Below, in pieces: positions 36,573-47,430 of a stretch of 64,000 nucleotides of DNA. Position numbers and translations under genes: made by a program. Within the stretch, counting starts at the first letter, position 1; each line of letters starts with the position of its first letter. The DNA is from Scyliorhinus canicula (lineage: Eukaryota): positions 151,669,400-151,733,399 of the forward strand of contig NC_052158.1 of NCBI RefSeq assembly GCF_902713615.1. Direction: 5' to 3'. The notes under the pieces are model-generated. The model was given only the letters and a program-made list of their open reading frames with translations. It had not been told where the DNA came from and ran no database searches.

Positions 36573-36955
36573 ATATCTATCTGTCTTTTATNNNNNNNNN
36601 NNNNNNNNNNNNNNNNNNNNNNNNNNNNNNNNNNNNNNNNNNNNNNNNNNNNNNNNNNNNNNNNNNNNNNNNNNNNNNNNNNNNNNNNNNNNNNNNNNNN
36701 NNNNNNNNNNNNNNNNNNNNNNNNNNNNNNNNNNNNNNNNNNNNNNNNNNNNNNNNNNNNNNNNNNNNNNNNNNNNNNNNNNNNNNNNNNNNNNNNNNNN
36801 NNNNNNNNNNNNNNNNNNNNNNNNNNNNNNNNNNNNNNNNNNNNNNNNNNNNNNNNNNNNNNNNNNNNNNNNNNNNNNNNNNTTCTGTCTATCTATCTAT
36901 CTTCTATCTACTTGTCTATCTACCTGTCTCTCTATCTTTCTAGCTATCTATCTAT
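36512..36955. repeat. (CTAT)n microsatellite spanning an assembly gap (N 36592-36882)
   Basis: Tandem ctat units on both sides of the N run. Confidence 0.95.
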
Positions 36956-38840
36956 AAAAGTATGAGCGTTAAATTGGTCTTGGGAAAATATAGCAAAATG
37001 GACCAGAGCAAATTGGCAATCTGTTTTCCACACCACCTAAATTTCTTTCCCATGCCTCCTTGATTGTGCTCCATAAGAACATTAGAATAAGAAACAGGAG
37101 CAAGAGTTGGCCATATGACCCCTTGAGTCTACACCACCATTCAATAAGATCATGGTTGACCTTCAATCTAAGTTTCACTTTCCCATCCAATTACCATATC
37201 CCTCATTCCCAGTGTCAAAAATCCCTTGCTCTCAGCCTTGAATATACTCAGCGACAGCATCCACAACTTCCTCGGGCAGGGAACTTCCGCAAAAAACTCT
37301 AAACATTCTTCACTCTCGCAGTGAAGAAACTTCACCTAATCTCATGCGAGTCTCGGCAACAAGGGAAGAAGGTACCTCTCGGCTACCTTCCTTTGGCAAT
37401 GCTGGGTTCCTCGATCAAGCAGTGTGTTGATTTGAATGAGTGAAACCCGCAAACTCCACTTCCCCAATCTCTTGTAAGCAACCCCAACATAGTTCGTTTT
37501 GTGGGCTTCACACATGGAGAGTCTCCACCCACCACTGGATGAATGCCAGTAGGGAGGGGGAAGGGGGGATGTGACCCTAAAGTGGCATTAATTGCACATT
37601 AACTGTTTCAAGAAGCGGGCAGGCAGTAGGGTCCCACTCACCACCCCCGACCCAGTTCAATGGCCCCCACCACCAAACACACCTGGGAGAGCGTGTTAAA
37701 TTCTGCCCCTGTTTTCCGCTGCCTCATACCATTGATTTTCCTCCAATGTATTTCATTTTGAGCCATATGGTAGATACAAATAGGATTCACTTCATTTGTG
37801 AAACACTCAAACAGTGGGAAGCGGGAAGTGGGAAGAAACTCAGAGAAGGGTCATACTGCACAGATAATTTCAGCTCAGATACTTGAGTTTTACGAACAGA
37901 GGACAGGAAATATTTGTATTTTATGCTGGAGAATGTAGTTGAAAATTATCTTTTGAATGCAACATAGATATTTCCAGATCGTAGAATCTATCAGCAGAGA
38001 ACGAGGACATTAAGCCTATTGTGTCTGTGCCGGCAGTTTGAAGAGTTATCTAACTGGTTACACATTCCTGCACTATCGCCAAAGTACTACAGTTTCCTCC
38101 CCCCACCCCCCGTCAAGTATTTACCCAACTCCCTTTGGAAGTTCCTATTGAATCTAAATCCATCATCATTTCAGTGCATTCCAGATCATGATATACTGCC
38201 ATATTAAAAACAAAATCCCTTGTATGCTTTTTGTCAATCCCCTAAATTTGCATCTGTTGAGTAGTTCTTACTCCCCGTGGGAACAGGTTCACCTTCTTAA
38301 CTCAACCAAAGCGTTTCATGATAGTTAACACCTCTATTGCACCTTATCCAGAAATGTAAGCCTGTACTTTGCATTGATGACATTGGGGTACCAGCTGAGT
38401 ACCCCAAACCCACAAATAGGTTCAGCAATCCCATCCGATGATTTTTGGGCAGTTTCAGTCACAATTGATCAATGGGGAACAAACCAACTCAATACTGATA
38501 ATTTGTGGGATTTCCAAAAACTATCAAGTGAGTATTGGTGTTAAACAGTCAGATAAAACTTGAGGAAATGTTTCAAATCCTACTCAATATAGATAGGATG
38601 GGTTGAATGGTCTCTTTCTGTGCAATAAGACTCTATACTTCACACGCTGCTTGTTGAATGGGAAACATGGAGCTGAATTTTACAACAGCAAATGTTCTTA
38701 GAAAGCATTCCCAAAAGTCATGAAAAGAAATAAGTGTTTTTGGGCAGGTTCTGTGTGTCCTAGATATGATCCATTTGATAAATATAGATTGATTTGTCTT
38801 GGAAATTTGTTGGAAAAATATTCTGTGTTGTTTCCTGCAG

Positions 38841-39751
38841 ATGCAGTGGACTGCCTGGCGTGCCACTTAGATTACTGGCCAAACCTAGAAAGAGACAAAT
38901 GCATCCTCAAGGAAATTGAATTTTTGTCATTTGGAGGCACCATGGGGATCATATTAACAGCATTGTCCATATCCGGTGCTTGTATATCAATGGCTGTTAT
39001 TGCTGTTTTCTACCGTTACAAGAATACTCCGATTGTCAAAGCAAACAATTCTGAGTTAAGCTTCCTTCTTTTATTTTCATTGGTACTCTGCTTTCTTTGC
39101 TCTCTTCTCTTCATCGGTCAACCAACGATCTGGTCCTGCATGTTGCGACATACAGCATTCGCTATTATATTTGTCCTTTGCATTTCTTGTATCCTTGGGA
39201 AAACAATCATGGTGTTAATGGCATTCAATGCAAGGCTTCCAAACAATGATGTGGGGAAATGGTTTGGCCCTCTGCAGCGAAGGTTTTCCATATTTTCCCT
39301 GCCCTCAATTCAAGTTGTGATATGTATTCTTTGGTTGACCTTATCACCCCCATATCCTGCCAAAAATTTTCAACATCAAAGTGCAACCATTATATTAGAA
39401 TGTGATGTGGGGTCAGCAACAGCCTTTTATTCCATGTTGGGCTACATCGGCTTACTATCTGTCATGTGCTTCATTCTTGCATTTCTAGCGCGTGCGTTGC
39501 CAGATAGCTTCAACGAAGCAAAGTTCATCACCTTCAGCATGCTGATTTTCTGTGCCGTTTGGATAACTTTCATTCCAGTTTACATCAACTCTGGAAAGGA
39601 CACAGTAGCTGTGGAGATATTTGCAATATTGTCTTCCAGTTTTGGTTTGCTTAGCTGTATATTTGCTCCAAAGGTTTATATCATTCTATTGAAACCGGAG
39701 CTGAACACCAAGAAAAATCTAATGGGCAGGCCACCCGCGAACACATTGTGA
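38841..39751 (+). CDS. V2R/OlfC gene B, exon 6 (7TM domain); spliced CDS 2598 nt, 865 aa, intact
   Basis: tttcctgcag| acceptor; [60 protein letters not shown]; exon lengths 209+292+834+228+124+911 keep frame to TGA. Confidence 0.97.
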
Positions 39752-39902
39752 ATGCTGGAAGATTAATAATCTTTGGCCAGTCCAAAAACAAAGTATGCAA
39801 GGGTCATGGCTTTTATTACAATGCTAAAGTTAGTATTTGTCATTTTTGTATATTGTAATTGTTGTACCATAGAAAAGATTCCTTGGAAAATGTATGAGTG
39901 CA

Positions 39903-39908
39903 AATAAA
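39903..39908 (+). terminator. Polyadenylation signal of gene B
   Basis: AATAAA ~150 bp after the stop; also present downstream of the orphan exon 6. Confidence 0.6.
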
Positions 39909-40919
39909 CATTAATATACACATGAGTGCTTGGTAATACATCCCTTTTTTACTGAACAATGGTCATCCTTCAATCGCCAAAATACATCGTCTAATTGTTA
40001 TCATGTTGCTGTTAGTCAGAGCTTGAAGTGAAAATTGGCTGCTGTGTTTCTGACATTAAAACAGTGTCTGAATTTTAAAAACAAATTCTACATTCGCAAA
40101 CAGCGAAATCGCGAACAGCGATTGGGCGGAGAATAGCTTCCTACGCCAAAATCGCAGCTGCCAATTTGACGGGAAATGGCGATTCTCCATCACCTCGAAA
40201 ACAGCGTCAATGCAACGCACGCTATGTGTAGTTTAAACACCGTTTGCATATAATTCGTGGGCCCACTCGCGATTCTCGGCCTCCGATGGGCCGAGTTCCC
40301 GAAGGCACACTCCACGTGTGCTGTTATTAATCATGAAGCTGGCATGGTGCTGCTGAGAGAGGAGGTAGGACACGGAGAGGAACGACTACATGCTGCTGGC
40401 CGGACACTGGCCGTGTTGGTGGGGGAGGGTAGGATGGGTGGATGTGCGGGGCGGCAGGGAGTCAGGTTGGGTAATAGGCCCAAGGGCTGGGATTGCCCCC
40501 CATGGGACTGGAGGGGTGTCTACTGACCATCCACCGTGGTCCCAGGTTCTGCACAGTGGCACCGGTTATATGGGTGCCCCACCCCAGCACCCCACCCTGA
40601 CCTCCCGCCACACCGCTTCCCACCCCAAACTCGCTGCCCAGTCAGCCGCCACCTAACGGCTGATCATCCGGGGCAACACCCACGGCAGCCCTCAGCGAGG
40701 GTGGTGCCAGCCACCCGTACCCCTGGCATCAGGGACGGGCGCCATGACCCACCATGGTGCCAGACACCAACGGGGCATGGGTGAGGGGATGGTCGGTGGG
40801 TAGGGACATGCGGGGGCAGAGCCCGCAGTGCCAACCAGGGCCACCATGTAGCCCGGTGGACCTGGTTGAGCACGGGGGTATGCACCATGCTAACATGTTG
40901 GCCTTCCACCCCCTGAAGA

Positions 40920-42880
40920 CGATATTGGAATTCGACCAGCAATGGCGACCTTTCTGCTGGTCGCCGCAGCTCGGCGAGATGCACTGCGGCTGTATGACCG
41001 GGAGCTGCTCGAAGAGGCGGAGGAAGCTACAGCAGCAGAGCAGGCTGCAGAGGAGCAGGTGGCAGCCCGACAAGTCGAGGAGGAGGAGGTGCCAAGGGGG
41101 CGCCGCATGAGGCCTCATATGCACCGGCACTGCCTGACATTGGGGGACCAACTGGGCAGGGCATGCCGATGGAGACTCCAGCTGAGCAGGGAGACAGCAT
41201 GACACATCTGCCAGATGATGGCACACCTGGCACCGTGAAGTATGGGGGAGGACATCCTCTCCCGGTAACCATCAAGGTGACAGTCACCCTGAACGTTTAA
41301 ACCACGGGGTCCTTCCAGTTGCCGAGTGGGGCATGTCCAGGATCTCACAGACCTCGGTGCACAGGCGCATCCAAACCATCACGGAGGCCCTATATTCCCA
41401 GGAGAATCAATACATCCAGGCCGGGATTCTTCCCTACCCAGCGGGGCGGGGGCTCCCGGCGTGACGGAGTGACATGAACCACTTTGGCGTCGGGCCGCCC
41501 CAAACGTGCGGATGTCTCCGCACCTTTAGGGGCCAAGCCCTCACATTGAGGGGTTAAGCCCACACCAGAGTGGTTGGCGCTCCACCGGCTGGCGTGGACG
41601 GCCTTTGGCGCCACGCCAGCCGGGCCCGAAAGGACATCGCTGGCCGGCGTAAGTCCGCGCATACGCCAGAGCGTCAGCAGCTGCTGACGTCATCCCGGCG
41701 CATGCGCAGGGGAGCGGGTCACTTCCGCCTCCACCATGGTGAGACCATGGTGAAGGCAGAAGGAAAAGAGTGCCCCCACGGCACAGACCCGCCCGCTGAT
41801 CGATGGGCCCCAATTGTGGGCCAGGCCACTGTGGGGGGACCCCCGGGCCAGATCGCCCCGCCCCCCCCACCCCCCCAGGACCCGCCCGCCCGCGCCGCCA
41901 GTCCCACCGGTCAGGTAGGTGTTTTGTTTCCCGCCGGCAGGAGAGGCTTGACAGCGGCTGGACTTTGGCCCATCGTGGGCCAGAGAATCGCCGGGGGGGG
42001 GGGGGGGGGCGCCGACCGGCGTGACGCGATTCCCACCCCTGTCAAATCTCCGGTGGCGGAGAATTCGGGACATGGCGGAGGCGGGATTGACGCCGGCCCC
42101 CGGCGATTCTCCGACCCGGCGGGGAGTCGGATAATCCCGACCCCAGTTCCATGTGTACCGGGCCCACCAGGCTGCTCGGGCAGCGGGGTTCACCGCCATC
42201 GACAGAATGCCCCGGGTCCAGGGAGTGATTGACGGGATTCATGTCGCCCCTACGAGCACCTGCGGATAACAGGCCGCTCGACACAAACCGAAAGGGGTCC
42301 CACTCAACGAACGTGCAGCTGATATGTGACCATCGGCTGGGCAGCATACACCTCTGCACCCGATACACGGACAGTGTGCACGATGCCTTCATGCTGGTAC
42401 ACTCAATGATTCCTGGCATGTTGGAGATGTCCCCCCAACCTTGGCTGGGATTTTAGCTCCTGGGTGACAGGGGTTATCCACTGCGGTCTTGGCTGATGAC
42501 ACCTATCCAGGGGCCACAGACCGACGTGGAGACCCGCTACAATGATGCACATGCAGCGACCAGGTCCGTAAGCGAGCGGTGCTTCAGCCTCCTGGAGATG
42601 TGGATCAGGTGCCTGGACCGTTCTGGAGGGGCCCTCCAGAATGATGCTGAGACGGTCGCCTGCATTGCAGCGGCCTGCTGCATCCTCCACAACATTGCAC
42701 AGCAGAGGAGTGCAATTTTGAGGAGGAGGATGAACACCAGAACTAATCCATCAAGGAGGATGTGAGGGAGGGCAAGAATGGGCAGGACATGGGATCCAGG
42801 CAGGCATGGGAGGCCAAACAACGTGTACGCTAGGGCGAACGCACATGGGGCACTCTGATCGCCTCCAGGTTCACCGGCCA
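40920..42880 (+). pseudogene. Harbinger DDE transposase (HARBI1-like), disrupted by stops, frameshifts and a MITE
   Basis: Motifs GVIDG (~42222), NRKGSHSTNVQLICD, SVHDA, LLGDRGYPLRSWLMTP, YNDAHAATRSVSERCFSLL, ACCILHN. Confidence 0.88.
41419..42142. mobile_element. Harbinger-type non-autonomous element nested in the transposase gene
   Basis: TIRs ggccgggattcttc / ggataatcccgacc; TSD CCA (41416-18, 42143-45); removal restores TAC ATC CAG TTC (YIQF). Confidence 0.85.
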
Positions 42881-43437
42881 GGGTTGGGGGGGACTGGCCA
42901 GGAACATGGATACCGCATCCCAACCCCACACATCCTCACTTTCCAGCCCGGCTACCACCCCGCCTGAACTCCCTCCATGATACATAACTACCGTACTATG
43001 GGGTGGGGACCCTGGGGACAGTGAAGGGTGAAGGGTGATGACAACCCGCTCTGCAATGAGCTCTCTTGCTCCACATCGTATGACAACGTCTGACTCCTGC
43101 CCACGGTAGCACCTTCCACCTGGGTGATCCTGCATGCGAGCTGGCCAGCCCATCACACGGTCCCAGCGAATCCTTGGGGTGGCAGTGGTGGGGTCGTTCG
43201 GGGGGCTGGGGAGGAGGATGGGGAACACTGGCCACTCACAGGGCCTGCACCATTCCCTCCCCCCCCCCCCCCCCCCCCCCCTCACCCCAGCCATGTCAGA
43301 CCAGCCCACCCCTCACACCCATCAGACAGAGCACCGGGACAGGTAGTAACAGTGATATCACGTGTCTATTGTGCACAAATATATATAGGTTTGTGCCCTA
43401 GCCCCATCACTAAATTGTGCCCTGCACCCATGCCAAC

Positions 43438-44391
43438 TTAACTGGTGTCTAACTTTCTGACCTTACGAGCCGTAACGCTACGTCTTGATGGATTCCCAGA
43501 TGGTACATCAGGAATGGAGGCGGCCTGCTGTGACCCCTGCCCTGCAACAAGGGTCCCTGTTGGCAGGCATCTTCTGGGGTAACCCGGGCTGAATGGGCAT
43601 GGCCGCTGCTCGGGTGTCCCAGGTGGCGTGGTGCTACCCTGTTCTTCCCGCTGCCCACCGGATGCACCAAGCACGGTTTGGGGGGGGGGGGGGAATCTGC
43701 GGTGTTCCGGCACTTCTCCTGCGGGAGTCACTGGCATGGGCCCTGTCACCTCCTCCACCTTTAGAGTGCCCAATAACCCCTGGGCTACGCCATGGGATGG
43801 GGGTGTGAGCGGAGCTGCCTCCTGAGGCTTCCCTGCCACCTGGCGCTGCCAGTCCTGGAGGCCCACTCTGGTCTTGACCAGGGTCCTCACACTCGCAGCC
43901 AAGGAGCACAGGGAGTGGACCATCTCCATCTGGGACTGCGCAACATCAACTTGCGACTGTGACACCACCTTCTGGGTTTGTGTCACATCAGCCATGACTG
44001 CGCCATCTCGATATGGGATTGGGCCAACCTGGGCCATGGCGCCGACGTTCCCAGCCATGGCCTGCTGTAACTTGGCCATGCTCAGGAGCACCGCTGCAAT
44101 GTCCAGATGGCTCTGGCACATGGCTGCCAGTGAGAGGGCAGCCCTGTCCTGGGCCTCGGCCATTGTCTTCACAGAATGGCCCAGGCCTTGGACATGCTGA
44201 TCCATGGCCGAAATCGTCACTCCCAATGCCTCCACCGCGGACACCACACGTGTGGTGTTGGCCTGGGGGGCACGCATGGTCGGCACCACCTCCTGCTCAT
44301 GCAGGTAGTTGGACTCCTCCACCTGCGCCAGGTGCTGGATGCTCGCCGACAACCCCTCATGCAGTCCCTGGCTCTGCCATTGCATCTCCAC
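43438..44391 (-). CDS. C-terminal part of Harbinger accessory protein (Myb/SANT-like partner; coiled-coil + low-complexity tail), 317-aa open frame
   Basis: Open ORF convergent with the transposase, with heptad-like A/M/Q/L/V periodicity; the Myb domain itself is not visible (probably lost with the truncation). Confidence 0.5.
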   Translation of the reverse strand: MEMQWQSQGLHEGLSASIQHLAQVEESNYLHEQEVVPTMRAPQANTTRVVSAVEALGVTISAMDQHVQGLGHSVKTMAEAQDRAALSLAAMCQSHLDIAAVLLSMAKLQQAMAGNVGAMAQVGPIPYRDGAVMADVTQTQKVVSQSQVDVAQSQMEMVHSLCSLAASVRTLVKTRVGLQDWQRQVAGKPQEAAPLTPPSHGVAQGLLGTLKVEEVTGPMPVTPAGEVPEHRRFPPPPQTVLGASGGQREEQGSTTPPGTPEQRPCPFSPGYPRRCLPTGTLVAGQGSQQAASIPDVPSGNPSRRSVTARKVRKLDTS

Positions 44392-45069
44392 TCTCGTTGG
44401 GACTGTATGTTCCAGACGCCCGGGACCTATCAGGACGACAGCTAGTCCCTGGATTCAGCCTTTTCTCTGACCTTCCGACCCTCTCGGGCGTTCCTACCTC
44501 CACTTGCTGTACTGGATCACACGGGCTGCTAGGTAATGTGGACATTCTGAATTCTCCCTCTGTGTACCCGAACAGGCGCCAAAATGTGGCATCTAGGGGC
44601 TTTTCACAGTAACTTCATTGCAGTGTTAATATAAGCCTACTTGTGACAATAATAAAGATCATTATGTTGATTCTAAGAGAAGTCAATATCATTTGGTTAA
44701 AAATAAAGCCAATTAAACACAATGCTTTTCTCACAAGTGAAAGCAGACTCATCAAGGCTTCACTATCCTCCTTCACTGAAAATTGGCCCGCGGTGATTTG
44801 TAATGAATGTCTCATTATGTTGTTTCCACATAACATCAGCATTGTAATGAGCCAGGCTTGACTAGTCACTAAATTAGCGCTTTTTAAATATTTGTAGTGC
44901 AGTGGTCAATCCAGTGATAGATTGTGAATATTTGTCAACAGAGGAGTATGAAAATTTGAAACACAAACTCAAAATACTGTAAATACTCAGTACATCTGGC
45001 AGCATCTGTGGAGGAAGAAACAGTTGCTTCAGGTGATTTCTTATCAGAACTACCCAGAGATTGTTTGGG

Positions 45070-47430
45070 AAGTACATTCGGCCCTTTGAGCATGCCCCGT
45101 CATTCATTATGATCAAGTTCATTACCCTGATCCCGCCTTCCCCCCATATCTCTCAATCCCTTTAGCCCCAAGAGCTATATCTAATTCCTTCTTGAAATTA
45201 CACAATGTTTTGGCCTCAACTACTTTCTGTGCTAGCGAATTCCACAGATTCACCACTCTCTGGGTAAAGAAATTTCTCCTCATCTCAGTCCTAAAAGGTT
45301 TACCCGTTATCCTCAAACTATCACCCCCTAGTTCTGGACTCCCCACCATCGGGAACATTCTTTCTGAATCTACCCTGTCTAATCCTGTTACAATTTAGTA
45401 TGTTTCTATGAGATCCCCTCTCACTCGTCTAAACTCCAATGAATATAATCCTAACCGATTTAGTCTCTCCTCATATGACAGTCCCGCCATCCCAGGAATC
45501 AACTTGGTAAACCTTCGCTGCGCTCCCTCCATAGCAAGAACATCCTTCCTCAGATAAGGACACCAAACTGCACACAATACTGCAGGTGAGGCCTCACCCA
45601 TGCCTTATACAATTGCTGTAAAGCATCTCTATTCCTATACTCAAATCCTCTCGCTATGAAGTCTAACATACCATTAGCCTTCTTTACTGCCTGGTGTACC
45701 TGCGCGCTTACTTTCACGACTGGTGCACGATGACATCAAGGTCTTGCTGAGTATCCAACTCTCTCAATTTACATCCATTCAAGTAATAATCTGCCTTCCA
45801 ATTTTTGCGACCGAAGCGGATGACCTCACACTTATCCACATTATACTGCATCTGCCATGCATGTACCCACTCACTCAGCCTGTCAAACCCCGCTGAAGCA
45901 TCCCTACGTCCTCCTCACAGCTCGCCCTTCCACAACTTTGTATCATCTGCAAATTTTGAGATAATACATTTAGTTCCCTGGTCCAAATCATTAATAGATA
46001 GTGTGAGCAGTTGGGGTCCTAGCACAGATCCCTGCGCTACCCCACTAGTCACTGCCAGCCAATCAGAAAAAGACCCATTTATTCCAAATTTTTGCTTCCT
46101 GTCTGCTAACCAGCTTTTCATCCATGTCAAGACATTACACATAATCCCATGCACTTTAACTTTCCCTATTAATCTGCGATGTAAGTCCTTGTCGAAAGCC
46201 TTCTGAAAGTCTAAATAAACCACATCCACCGGTTCTCCCTGGTCAACTCTACTAGTTACAGCGTCAAATAATTCTAGTAGATTTATCCAGCATGATTTTC
46301 CTTTTGTAAATCTATGCTGACTTTGTCTGATTGCACCAAATGCTGTGCTATGAAATCTTGAAAATGGACTCCAGCAACTTCCCGACTACCTTGCTTTAAG
46401 AATAGTGGAGTTACATTCGCTACCCTCCAATCTGTAGGGACCATTCCAGAGTCGAAAATGACCACTACTATTTCTCAGGCTACTTCCTTCAGTATTCAGG
46501 GCTGCAGATTATCAGGCCCTGGAGATTTGTCCGCCTTCAATCCCATAAATTTCCCCAAAGCTATTTCTTTATTAAAAATCAGTTCCTTCAGCTCCTCACT
46601 ACAACTTGTGCTTCTCAGAACTTCTGGTTCATTATTCAAGTCTTCCTTTGTGAAGAAAGAAGTAAAGTACAAATTTAGTTCCTCAGCCATTTATTTGTTC
46701 CCTGTTATGAATTCTCCCGTTTCTGTTTTTATTCATCTTTTTCTCTTTGCACACCTATAGAAACTTTTACAGTCAGTTTTTATGTTCCCCACTCGTTTAT
46801 TTTCAAATTGTATTTTCCCCTTCTTAACAATCCCTTAGTCTGCTTTGCTGAATTTAAAACTGTTACCAATCCTCAGGTCTGCTAGGTGCGATTCTCCGCA
46901 CCCGACGTGGTGTGGGAGAATCGCGGGAGGACCCCCTGACAAAATTCACGCCCCCCACGCGCTCCCTGCAATTTTCTCCCCCCACCCCGACTCGGAAGAA
47001 TCGCCGCTCGCCGTTTTTCACGGCGAACGGCGATTCTCCGACCCGGATGGGCCGAGCGGCCAGCCGATCGCGGCCGTTTCACGACGACCCTCCCGATTTT
47101 TCCCGGGGGCGGAGAATTCCGCCCGCCATTTTTCTTGCTAATGTGTGTGCCTCTTCCTGGAATCTAATACTATCTCTAATTTCCCTTATAAGCCATGGTT
47201 TAGTCACAGTTCCCTTTCTACTCTTGCGCCAAATAGGAAGAAACAACTTTTGGAATTCATCTATTCATTCCTTGAATTCCTGCCATTGCCTGTCCACTGT
47301 CCTTCCTTTCAGTAATGTTTCCCAGTCCGTCACAGCCAGCTCATGTCTCAAACCATCATAGTTACCTTTATTGAGGTTCAGAATCTTGGTCTAGAATCAA
47401 CTACCCCACTACTCACCTTGATAAAGAATT
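45070..47430 (-). mobile_element. CR1 LINE ORF2 fragment with nested MITE (46884-47124)
   Basis: [49 protein letters not shown]. Confidence 0.88.

Larger units (their letters stand above)
40085..44520. mobile_element. Autonomous-type PIF/Harbinger DNA transposon (decayed; right end truncated by a SINE)
   Basis: Plus-strand transposase and convergent minus-strand second ORF, GC-rich subterminal region with gattctcc/ggagaat motifs. Confidence 0.82.

Noticed and set aside
24938-39751. Calling gene B CaSR or GPRC6A, or giving it a specific symbol
   Set aside because: The short C-terminal tail, clustered paralogs and OlfC-type TM motifs indicate V2R/OlfC; orthology cannot be assigned without a phylogeny.
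40257-44612. Many overlapping 60-220 aa ORFs
   Set aside because: Alternative frames in GC-rich Harbinger/MITE sequence; only the transposase fragments and the 317-aa ORF have supporting features.
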